Source of the DNA: Eukaryota sp. TZLM1-RC
Lineage: Eukaryota > Protista > Metamonada: BaSk clade
Length of the DNA: 64,000 nt
Assembly (NCBI GenBank): GCA_040285825.1
Contig: JAUPSS010000011.1
Location: 1,127,658-1,191,657 of the forward strand
Reading direction: 5' to 3'
Positions 35,374 to 47,111 of the stretch are shown here, piece by piece. Made by a program: the position numbers and the translations under genes. Positions within the stretch are counted from its first letter, which is position 1. Every line of letters begins with the position of its first letter. The notes below the pieces were generated by a model, which had not been told where the DNA came from, searched no databases, and saw only the letters and a list, made by a program, of their open reading frames with translations.

Positions 35374-35523
35374 AAGCAAAGACTTCATACACCCGGACCC
35401 GTTTAGTACAATCCAGGACTTCCCTCCAAGCAAATCTTTGGCCAATCACGCCTTTCCACAGCTCCTCCCCGAACAACTTTCTCTTCCGACGCCTCCACCG
35501 CCCCAGTAGTAGGCTCATATAAA
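35374..35523 (+). pseudogene. STPG/PGP-repeat gene fragment
   Basis: Duplicate of 8361-8510. Confidence 0.5.
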
Positions 35524-35540
35524 CTACCACTGAGAATTAG

Positions 35541-35696
35541 ATGGAAACTCTCCCCGATAACGACTTTGGTTGTTCCACATGTGTTTTCATCATTGGTGCC
35601 TTGGAAGCCAAACTTGACGATGATGCCACCCGTGAAGAAATTCGTGAAGCTCTCATGCATGTCTGTAAGAATGAACAACTTTCTGACGCATTATAA
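35541..35696 (+). pseudogene. Truncated saposin-B domain, copy 2
   Basis: METLPDNDFGCSTCVFIIGALEAKLDDDATREEIREALMHVCKNEQLSDAL*. Confidence 0.65.
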
Positions 35697-36149
35697 AAAT
35701 TGTGATGATGTGCGAAAAAGATAAACTTGACATGTTTTGCTCTCAATTTAATTGATTGCTTGCTCTCTGAACTCTGAAGTAAATGGTTCATATACAATGT
35801 GCAGGAAATACAATAAAAAACTTATTAATGTGAGGTATTGTGTTGAAAAATTGCAACCAAAGTTAACAATAACAATTTGCAGTGTAAGGTTTATACTGTA
35901 AACAATGGGAAACCGTGAACATATTCCAGCAGTTACAAATTAAATCATTTTATGACGAACACGGCCATAAACATCATCTCATTGTTATAATCGTAGTTCT
36001 TTGACATTATAGGAGGACGTCGAACTTTTCAAGGCAAAATGATGCTGTATGGTTAGACATTGTACAGAATAGAGATAAAAGATTAAGGTATTTATTCAAT
36101 TTCACTGGCCCTTATAAAGGCCGTCACTAGTGAAGTCTACACTAGACTA

Positions 36150-36340
36150 ATTGTCCACAGTACAACAAAAAGCACTGAATAGCAAGTCCAGAGTTATATC
36201 ATTAACCAATCAGTCTATCTGTGTTAAATGTGGAGTTTTCACTTGAATTTGTTCCAGACGCCACCATCTTTCAGTACTTCTTAATGGTTACTAGAGCACT
36301 AGCGCCTTCAGCGGTAATTATCTTCCTCTGAAGATAGGTA
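36150..36340 (-). pseudogene. Decayed LRR remnant containing a 26-bp exact match to the 84-bp LRR unit
   Basis: AGAGCACTAGCGCCTTCAGCGGTAAT near 36293-36318 (ITAEGASAL on the minus strand); nearby frameshifted NST-LTQID-like sequence; duplicate near 51378. Confidence 0.5.
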
Positions 36341-37666
36341 ATTATTGCACCAGATTATCGAGACACTTCAATAGAGGATGTGATTCATTCATAGACATTT
36401 CATCATACCGGAGTTTCTAATCAAAAAGAAAATTGTTCATGCCATCACTGAAAGCACTATTGAATCAATATGTTGCCTTCGAAATGCCATCTCCAGCAAA
36501 CTTAGGACTTGAACACGCCCGATAAAGAATTTTTGATAAGTCTTGGGTGATTCAATTAAGTGTCGCAGTTCAATAAAGATTTTATGTTGTTGTTAATCAT
36601 AACTGATGTGATTACAATTACGGTCATCCATCATTGTCAAATAAATCTTCAAAGTTATTGAGCAATAGGGAGAACAATTATGTTTCCAACCCCGAAATTA
36701 GGCCATCCATACTTCAAAATGGCAAATAAACTAAGAAGAGTCAGCGCCAAGGAATCTGGGTGAAATCCTAATGAGGATTTCCTCATTTTCCACCACATCT
36801 TCTATTTCTTCATCTGTATCTTCCAAGGTGTCTGCTTCAACTTCCAAAACAGCAGTTCTAGTTCATTCAAAGTACTTTCTCCATGGTACACTATTCTTTC
36901 TCGCTGCTTAATCTAGATCTTTCCTTAGTGCACACGACCTTGAAATCGGACCAGTTTCTTTCTGGAGACATGCTTCCATGTTCTCATCTACTTTCCTCCA
37001 ACCAGCAGTAATCATGTTAAAGGCCTTTTCTTGCAATTTTGCCATTGCAATGAGTACCCAGCCTGAAAATTCATCCTTGACAACACTGGCCCTTACGACA
37101 AGGACAACATCTCTAGGTAAGGCACCACTACGCAATTGCTGTAGAGTCTGATCGCAGCAATAGTTTCCAAACAGTTCATTTGGGATATCCTTGAATGGTT
37201 TGTTGAACTTACTTATGGTTAGTTTACTTGCAACTAAATGGTTTTTAATTTTGGCAAACTTCATTAGAAAATTATGACTTAATAACAACAGAAAGTCCAA
37301 GACACGTTTGAATTGTTAGTAACTACCATACTTGATGTGGAATTTCACAAGAAATTCCAATGTATATTTCCTGGAATAAAATACGTGTCTGGATGCATTA
37401 TTTTCCTCTGGAAAAACAAATTATGGTGTTATATCGTCAACTATGCCACCAATTTGAAAACACGCACGCGATAGTGCAAGTGTAAATTGTTGTAATTGAC
37501 CAGAAGCATGTAATAAAGTTCCTTTTAACAATTCAATGATTTTCTTATTCAATCTATGGAAAAATTGTACATTGATTTTAATAAACTGGAAGAAATTAGT
37601 TTAAACAAATTACTCGAAATGTGCAACAACAATTTAACAACAATTAATGGAGTTAATTTCAGAGAG

Positions 37667-38945
37667 TTAGATTGTAAAAACAATCCATTTCATTTTATGA
37701 GGTTTATAATTTTCAACAATTAGTTTTGCATCATATGTAAAGTGTGGTGAAAATTTCACACAATATGATTTTTCCATACGTTTTGCGAAAAATCTAATTA
37801 ATAAACCTCTATAAAAAACTCTCTTTGTTTTTGATTCATTATTTATAAAAAAAATCATTTTTTAATAATCACATTGTCTTTTTATACCAAATTTTTACCA
37901 ATTCAATAAAATCATCTCTATCTATTTCTCCATTATAATTTTTTATATAATCTACTACATAGTGTATATTCTCATCAATTAAATTAATATTTAGTTTGTC
38001 TTTTATATGATTACCAATTTTAGTAAGAAATGAAATTGGTTTTGTATTTTCTTTCAACAAAGTTTCAAATCCAGTTGATGCAACTTTTCTCACCCAAGAT
38101 TTACTATAAGTTTGTGGGGGTTCAATAGTAAGTTGTAAAATAGCTTCAGGAAAATATTTTGCTTTGAAATACAAAGATTCATATTTACAAATCCCACCAT
38201 TATATTCATCGAGATATCTTTCTTCCAAATCTTTATTGATGCTAACAAAAGAATTCTTTTCCTGGATCGGAAATCATCATGGTATTTATAAGTAAACAAT
38301 TATAATAATAATCTCCAAAATCTATTTCGATTTGTTGTGGTTTGATATATTCTACAGGAATTTTTCTTAATATATAATATAAATCATCTCCTTCATATAA
38401 TGATTTTTTTCAATATTTTTGTGATAAATTCATCATCACAAATTGAAACATCAACCAATTTAAAATATTCTAAATCTTCGAGAACAATATCTTGTAGTTT
38501 TTTAATTGGGTTTTCCATTTTTAATAAAATCATTTTTATATCGTAAAATTTTCAATTTTTGTTTTATATCTAATTACATTCGTCTATTTTTCCATCCATC
38601 TCTAAATTTATAAAAAGTGTGCACAATTATTACTTCAATATTTTTAAACTTGAAATCTTTAGGACTATATGATATTGTTTTTAATTTAGAGTAATGTAAC
38701 TCAAATACTATTCGAAATTGTTCCAAAAATTTAAAATTGGTAATCAAATCTAAAATATCATTTGTTTCATCTATTCTTAAAATTGGTTTGTTGGAAAAAT
38801 ATGAGCGATAATAATCATCAAATTTTACAATTAATTTTTTAATCATATAATGTGTATTGTCTCTTATAAACCATTTAACCATAAACATTGGTGGTACCAC
38901 AGATGGTGCATGTCTCACAAATAATTCCCTAAAATGCTGATTACT
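37667..38945 (-). pseudogene. Very AT-rich, tightly packed, frameshifted ORF block of unknown origin
   Basis: ORF pieces 38574-38945, ~38240-38518 (MENPIKKLQDIVLEDLEYF..., manual translation), 37869-38228 and 37667-37858; K/I/N/Y-rich. Confidence 0.4.
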
Positions 38946-38949
38946 GTTA

Positions 38950-39118
38950 TCTAACGCCGAAAAAAGAAGATAAAAAATATGAAGAACCTTTGGCACAATT
39001 AGGTAGAGTGGAACATGTGAAATATCAGTTTGTGCCGTTTGCAATTTCTCTTTTTGGCAATATTGGACCTTCAGGGTTGCACTTTTTTGAAAATTTTAAA
39101 AAAGTATTACTGAATAGT
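38950..39118 (+). mobile_element. Short internal family-B fragment
   Basis: TCTAACGCCGAAAAAAGAAG...CTGAATAG; same 3' break as at 17628; duplicate near 54040-54206. Confidence 0.8.
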
Positions 39119-39356
39119 TTGTTTGGAATTGTGTTAAATTCCAGGAACTTCACCAGTGAGATCGTGAAAGATTGTGAGAGATTGTAAAAAACTAATGAAA
39201 CTTTTTGTAAAGTTTCATTAAAAATATACTTTAAAACTAATGAAAGGAATTACTGTCGTAACACAACTCAGACATTATGTAAACAATGAATTTTACATGT
39301 TTGACATTAAGAGATATCCTTTTTGATCAGGTTTTCTACTAGCTTTTATTTCAAGA

Positions 39357-39800
39357 ATGTCTCGTTCTCCACAACTAGGACGTTTCTACTCAAACCATCA
39401 AGGTGACTTCAGGACCAAAAAAACCCGTAAATTTGTGACATCAGAAATGCCAGGATTTCACCTAGAAGACAAAATCAAAATCAAACTGTATTCTAAAACT
39501 ATGAGAGATGCACCAGAACGTCTGAACAAAATGATTTTATGTAAAGAAGATACAACAGATGCAGTTCACTTTAAATGTCGTCAACTGAGTGCCTTTCCAT
39601 GGAAGGTAGAACACCATAAAGCATCAGCAAGCAGAACTACAGAGGAAGTGGTCGAGCTATGGGAACCTAGCTATCAAGAAGTTAGGTTTGTTGAGGATCA
39701 TGAAGAGGTGTTAAGTGTTGGAGAAAAAGGAAAGATCATTGAAGAATAAGACTCTGAACTAGAAGAACAGTCTTTTGAAGAAGCAGCTGGTATTTCTTGA
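39357..39800 (+). pseudogene. Unknown 147-aa ORF copy with premature TAA
   Basis: TAT>TAA at 39747-39749 relative to 54443-54886. Confidence 0.5.
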
Positions 39801-40074
39801 AAACCATTCTCATCAGTGATTTTGACCGTATTATGATGCTTAATAGAACAAATGACATGGAATTTTAGTATAAAGGATCATAGATTAAGTCTATTTTTGA
39901 TGGTAACTGAAGCAATTATTTCATAAAAGTAATTGAGGGAATGCGTTTCATTATCTTTTGATATATAATTTTTGAACACAAATGGTCTTTTAAAAATCTT
40001 CATAGATATTGAGGCTTTGTCTCTAGTAATCAAGAGAGAAAAAAATAATATAATAAAAAATAAATAAATTTTTT

Positions 40075-42080
40075 CCGTCCTTATCAGTTCGCTATCGGAA
40101 TTCCTGATGGCACAACATGTGCTGCGTTGTGTACAGATTTACTTTTCAATCAAAAAGGCGAAAATTATTTATTGAACATTGATTTTAAAAATGCTTTCAA
40201 CTCGGTTTTTCGCTCCAGTATTTTGTAAGAACTTGAACTACACTATCCTCCACTTTTGCCGTATTTTAAATTGATGTATGGATCACCCTCTAACTTAATT
40301 TTTCATTCTGAGAATATTGTTTCGTCAAGAGGGGTCAAACAAGGGGATCCATTGGGTCCATTCTTCTTTTGCTTAGCACTGCAATCAGTTTTGGTAAAAT
40401 TTAAGTCGGATTTTCCTGACATTCATATATGTGCTTATGCAGATGATTTATCACTTATTGGCCCTTTGTCTCTTTAACAACACGGTTTACAGCATTTTGT
40501 TTTTCTGGCCAAACAAATAGGGTTAGACATTAAATTGCCCAAGTGTTTCATTATTGGTAATCAACATGCGGAGGTGGTATTTAAAGAAACTTTTATCAAA
40601 TACGTTGATTACGAGGAAGATGCTATTCGGTTTCTTGGATCTTATTTTGGAAATAGTGAAAAAGTTAAATCGATTTTGTCAGGTATTTTGGAAAAAATCG
40701 AAGAGCAACTTTTGGCAATTCAAGATCTACAAATTGACAAACATTTAGCGTTTTCGGTCCTCAATGTGTGTTTTGGATCAAAAATTAATCATCTTCTTCG
40801 TTCTTTATCTCCCACAATTTCTCATGATTTTGCACGTCAATTCAATACTTTGAGAACAAATTTTTTAGGAAATTTAGTAGAAGTTTGTCCATCTAAAATT
40901 CCTTATCATGCATTTTTTTAGTCCTAAATTTGGTGGAGTTGGTTTTTCAAAAGCAGAATATTTATGCAAAAGTGCTTTTATTGGTGGTATGACAAATTTT
41001 CTTTTTGAATGAAAACTTCGTTTTGATCATATTCCTTTAAATGAATCACATCCTTTATTCATTTCTCTTGAAAAAATGGTGCAAGAACTACCTGTTGATA
41101 TTTGGAATAAGAGTTTTCCTTCAAGTTTGCCTGCTGTGCCTTCGAGATCTTTCACCAACCTTCATCTTGCTGTTGTGAAATTACAGAAGTCTGTTCTTAT
41201 TGGTTTTGAAGACCTGGATTTTTCTAAACGACTTAGTGTGACTAAGATTAATAATCCCGTCTTTGCTGCCTTTTTAGCAGACATTCAGAACTGTACTAGT
41301 TTAATATCTCAGCAACCAAGGCCATTTGGTCTTCACTTAACAAATGAAGCTTGGAAACAAAACATGCGGTTGAGATTAGGGATGTATCCAAGTGGTCTTT
41401 TGGACAATTCTTATTGTATTTGTAACAAAAAAACCTACTGCCAATTTTCGTCATATTGTAAGCTGTAAGAAATTTCTCCAATATAGGTCAGTTCTTCATA
41501 ATGCCATTCGTGATGTGACATATGAGATGTTCAAGTGTTACATTTTCAGTTGCAAAGTAGAACCTTTGTTGAAGCATTATAGTGATGATAATCTATTTAA
41601 TTCATGTCGAGGTGATTTAATTGCTCCATTTGTGGATTCCTCTCAAGTTGTTGTTGATTTCACTACAGTTGATCCCTTTGCTTTGGTTTATCGCGATGAT
41701 GTTTTACTTAGTACTAATGGCCATTTAAACAAGGCTGAAGATCGTAAGAGAGATAAATATACTGAGATATTAAATGATTTAAATAAAAACCTTTATTCGA
41801 AGTTTTCGTTTGTTCCTATTGCCTTTTCGATTTTTGGCAACATTGGACAATCCGCCATGAATTTCATCAATGATTTTGGTAATTTATATCGTTCAAGTGG
41901 TAAGAATTTTGCAGAGAATTTATGGAAAAATCTTATCATTTTCGCTTTGTACAGAAGTGTTCCCAAGTACTTGAGTTTAATGATGTCTAAACTGTATAAG
42001 GATTCATCAAGAGTTGGCGTGGAGAATTTAGTTTCTTATGTGTTTTAGTTTGTTTTGTTTTTATTTGATTCTTTATATAA
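40075..42080 (+). mobile_element. 5'-truncated family A element, multiply disrupted
   Basis: Starts CCGTCCTTATCAG like the array units; RPYQFAIG...IDFKNAFNSVFRSSIL*, QGDPLGP, YADD, knuckle, RLE; several stops and frameshifts. Confidence 0.9.
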
Positions 42081-42177
42081 ATGATTATTATTTTATTTTC
42101 TGTTTTTTTTCTATTATTATTTTATCATTTTCTACGTTTTATCATTTTATGATCAATTATATGCCATGTGCATATAA

Positions 42178-42643
42178 TGAGTACCGCTCCCTACAATCAA
42201 ACCAACAGTTCTTCACAGTTTCTCTTGTTGATAACAACATCTACCTTTGGAGAGTTGTGATCAAGACCTGTTGCTTTGATTCGAGTTCACCACTGTATCA
42301 ACATCTGTCATCAACTGGTACTCAAGGTGTGCTTCTAGAGCTTAAGTCTGCTCAGTCCTACACATCAGTCACTCGATCCCCGCCCTGGTGTCGTATCATT
42401 TCCCCAAAGCTATCTGGTGGAGGCATTTACCAAGGATCTGTTTGCTGGGAAGGATTTTATGACACAAACAGAACAGTGGAATACAACATGGAAAACTTAC
42501 TGGTTGAGTTTGCTCATGTGTTGACTGTTGAGTGTTGAGCAACTTTCGATGGTATGGCAGAATGGTCAGTGCAAGAAGCCAGGAAAGGAGAACAGTTCAT
42601 ACTTGGTGCTCACACAGACTGGAAACAAACAGCCTTTGTGTAG
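42178..42643 (+). pseudogene. UBE2Q-like copy 3: retains Cys (GSVCWE) but is 5'-truncated and has a premature TGA
   Basis: Homology starts at TGAGTACCGC; TGA at 42536-42538. Confidence 0.75.
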
Positions 42644-42869
42644 TGTTAATACAGGAAGTTGGGATAAGGTTTTTGTTTCATCAAATATGTTATTGACTAA
42701 TAATGCGAGTAGTGAGTCTGCCATTGATGAAATGTCACAAATTTACTCAATTTGTGAAAAGTAACTTTGAAGGCTTGTCGAATCTACTTATGCTCTTAGA
42801 CTTTACGTGCAATTTTACATTACACGTCTACAACCTGGTGGTTGAGGTGTATTTAAAATTTCGCCAATA

Positions 42870-45800
42870 GTAAAATCAATCGATTATTTTGGAGCTTGCA
42901 AGGTAGCGTTGGTGACAACTAGAAAGTTGTTTAGATAGATTTGCCAACTTGTTTTTCTTAATGTGGATGATCCAAATTTGAAGAGAAGTCTTGCTAGATT
43001 ACACAATATTCAATACACAGTTTGAAATACAGTGTGAGTCATTTAATGATGACTTCACAACAATAAAAGAAATACCGTGTAATTGGTCAACACAGTGGTG
43101 ATCACATGTCCTGGTTGAATCAAATTGTTTAGGCATATTGGAATTTCATTGTTTTCAATTGCCTTGTATGAATTCTTGCTTTTCGTTTCACATAGTAATA
43201 TAGAATAACTGATATCTTAATACCGTGTTAATAGGGCTTTCTGATGAAAAGTATATTGAGTATTTAATCAACAACAACTTTGTTTTGCAAACTTTTTGAT
43301 TGATCTTGAAGACAGTTGCTCAAGTTGCCTAATCTCCCAAATTCCCAACATTTATGGCCTTCTTCTGAATGATCACCAATGGACCACTGCAATGAGAATG
43401 AGATGTTTTCTATGGCCTTGTTCATTACCAAATGATTTAATTTGTCGCTGCAAGAGTGTTGTTACGTTTTCCCATATTTTAAACTGTAAGTATTTTATAA
43501 CTTATCGCTCAATTGTTCATGACTCAGTTCGTGATCAATTATATGCCATGTGCAAAAGTTTCAATATAGAGGCATTGATTGAGCCACTAGTGCGTAAGCT
43601 GTCTTCAGATCAAATTGATGATCCCTTGGGTAAAAGGAGGGCAGATTAAGTAGCTCCAGGGATCGATGGTGTTCTCAATGTTGTAGATGTTGTCTCAGTT
43701 GATGTTTGCAAAAATTCTGCTGCTCTTTTAGTGTATTCCGCTGATTCGCCGCTGTCTAACGCCGAAAAAAGAAGATAAAAAATATGGAGAACCTTTGGCA
43801 CAATTAGGTAGAGTGGAACATGTGAAATATCAGTTTGTGCCGTTTGCAATTTCTCATTTTGGCAATATTGGACCTTCAGGGTTGCACTTTTTTGAAAATT
43901 TTAAAAAGGTGTTACTGAATAGGTCTGGTAAAACAATGAACTCCACTTTCTGGTTAAATAGAATTGTTTTCTGCTTTTTCAAGTCTATTCCAACAATGAT
44001 GTCAAAGGCACTTTTAGCTATTGGTGTAGAATATGAACGTCATGCTGTGAGTAGGTTCAGTAATAGTGACGCTTGTTTGGAGGATACTGAATTCTAGATG
44101 GGTTTTTTATCTCAATATATATTCCAGTTTTAAAAAAATCAACAACAAATTATCAAAAGCATTCCTGGCAATTGTTTGGATCAATTCAGTATATCAATCT
44201 AAATGACTTGACATTCCAAATATTGAATGAATTGACTTTGTGTAGTTCGTGAAGAGGGTGATGGGTAAATATCCTTATCATGTATGAAAAATTTTCTGTT
44301 TGAGTGACAACTTCGTTTTGATCATATTCCTTTGAATGAATCACATCCTTCATTAATTTCTACTGAAAACATGGTGCAGGAACTACCTGTTGATGTGTGG
44401 AATAAATGTTTTCCTTCAAGTTTGCCTTCTGTACCTTCGAGATCTTTTACCAATCTTCATCTTGCTGTTGTGAAAATACAGAAGTCTGTTCTTATTGTTT
44501 TTGAAGACCTGGATTTTTCTAAACGACTTAGTGTGACTAAGATTAATAATCCCGTCTTTGCTGCCTTTGTATCAGACATTCAGAACTGTACTAGTTTAAT
44601 ATCTCAGCAACCAAGGCCATTTGGTCTTCACTTAACAAATGAAGCTTGGAAACAAAACATGCTGTTGAGATTAGGGATGTATCCAAGTGGTCTTTTGGAT
44701 AATTCTTATTGCATTTGTAACAAAAAACCTACTGCCAATTTCCGTCATATTGTGAGCTGTAGAAAATTTCTCCAATATAAGTCAGGTCAGTTCTTCATAA
44801 TGCAGTTTCTGATGTGGCATATGAGATGTTTAAGTGTTACAATTTTAGTTGCAAAGTAAAACCGTTGTTGAAGCATTATAGCGATAATTATCTATTTAAT
44901 TCATGTCGAGGTGATTTAATCGCTCCTTTTCTGGAGTCCTCCCAAGTTGTTGTTGATTTCACTACAGTTGAAACCTTCGCTTTTATTTATCGTGATGATG
45001 TTTTACCTAGTGCTAATGGTCATTTAAACAAGGCTGAAGATCGTAAAAAGGATAAATATACTGAGACATTAAATGATTTAAATAAGAATCATTACTCAAA
45101 GTTTTCGTTTGTTCCATTTGCCTTTTCTATTTTTGTCAACATTGGACAGTTCGCCTTGCATCTTATCAATGATTTTGGTAATTTGTGTCGTTCAAGTGGT
45201 AACAATTTTCGCTGTATACAGAAGCGCTCCCAAATAATTTTGTTTCTTATGTGCTTTAGTTTGATTTGATTCTGGGTAGAAAATCAATATTGTTGTTAAA
45301 AATACCCGAATGTCCCTCTGTTTATGGACTTTTGCTAAAAGACAATGAATGGCTTTTAAACATGCGTTTTCGTTGTTTTCTGTGGCCAAACAATTTGCCC
45401 AATCATTTAACTTGTAAATGTGGTAAACCTCTTTTGTTTACTCATCTTTTGAACTGTAAACATTTCATTACGTATAGAAGCAAAGTGCATAATAACGTCA
45501 GGGACCAAATTTATGTAATGTGCAAATCATATCGTGTAGATTCCTTTTTAGAACCGCTGTTATCAAAATTAATTCTTGATGATCCCAATATTGATAGTAC
45601 GCGTTACAACAGAGCTTCTATGGGTTTGACTAGAGGTGATCTAGTTGTTCCCGGTTTAAATGGTAGTTTTACTATTTTGGACGCCATGTCTATTGACCCT
45701 TGTAATTCCTCTAACGAACATTTCATTAACTCGGATGTAAATAATCCTCTTCTTACAGGCGAAAAATATAAAATTGCTAAATATGCGAAACCCATTTCCT

Positions 45801-47110
45801 CGGTTAATGAAAATTCTCATGCCCAATATAATTTATGTCCATTTGTTTTTTCTTTGCTTGGATCTCTAGGTAAGGCAAGAACTGGAAGAATTTTCAATCG
45901 TGTTTACTGGCAAAACAAGATTGTATTTTCTATTTTTAAGGGAATAGTAACACTAATTTCTGATTCACTATCTTCTTTTGGGAAATTTTCTGAATCTTTA
46001 GCGATTAATTGTTTTGATGTAGGGGAGGCAGGTTTTGAGGATGTGGAGTTTTAATTGTGTATTTCATATTTGTTGTTGAATAAAAATAAAATAATTGAAA
46101 AAAAAATTTCTCACAAAAGGAAGTTTTGGCGAATAACACACAAAATCAAGATCCACAAAAACCTAAAATGCCCAATCTTCAGATTCACCCTCATTGATCA
46201 AGCACCATGCAGTCAGACCCGGAAAGTGGGAACGGAAATGCTGGCTCCCACTTTGGGGTCCCCTGTTGCCCCTTTAAGCAAAGACTTCATACACCTGGAC
46301 CCGATTATTACAATCCAGGACTTCCCTCCAAGCAAACCTTCGGCCAATCACGCCTTTCCACAGCTCCTCCCCGAACAACCTTCTATTCCCACGCCTCCAC
46401 CGCCCCAGCAGTAGGCTCATATAACATGTAACCCACTCAATAGAAAATCGTATGGATGAAAATCCCCACTCTCCACACCCCTGGTTCATATGACATGTCA
46501 CTTGCCACATCCAAACCTTGCTCCTCTCTTTGCTCCAGATTTGTTAGATTTCAACAATTCAAAGTTTGAAAATAAATGAAGATAACTGACAGATGTCGAG
46601 GGAGTAGTAAGCAAACTCGAAAGAAAACGCTTTTGGGAAATTTTCTGAATCCTTAGCGATTAATTGTTTTGATGTAGGGGAGGCAGGTTTTGAGGATGTG
46701 GAGTTTTAATTGTGTATTTCATATTTGTTGTTGAATAAAAATAAAATAATTGAAAAAAAAATTTCTCACAAAAGGAAATTTTTGCGAATAACACGCAAAA
46801 TCAAGATCCAGAAAAACCTAAAATGCCCAATCTTCAGAATCACCCTCATTGAGTAAGCACCATGCAGTCAGACCCGGAAAGTGGGAAAGGAAATGCTGGC
46901 TCCCACTTTGGGGTCCCCTTTTGCCAGAAGTGCAGCAGATGGGATTCGACCCTGTTGCCAAAGCAGAGAACGAAGAGCAAACCCACCGGACTACGATGTT
47001 GGCAGTTATGAATGTTGTTTTTTCTAGTTTGTATTGGGTTTTGATTTGTGTTGGTGTTGGACGATTTTTGCAATTGGTTTTGTGTTGACAATAAAAGTGA
47101 TTGAAATGTG
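42870..47110 (+). mobile_element. Composite block B + A + C + hub + STPG fragment + C + hub (duplicate of 1-4264)
   Basis: B ~43240-44140, A ~44308-45301, C ~45302-46106, hub 46107-46262, STPG 46276-46570, C 46631-46760, hub 46761-46918; ORFs match those at 355-4223. Confidence 0.9.
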
Positions 47111-47111
47111 T

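Larger units (their letters stand above)
36095..40060. repeat. ~4-kb segmental duplication, paired with 51180-55160
   Basis: Matching ORFs 36908/52097, 37869/53019, 38574/53732, 39357/54443. Confidence 0.9.
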
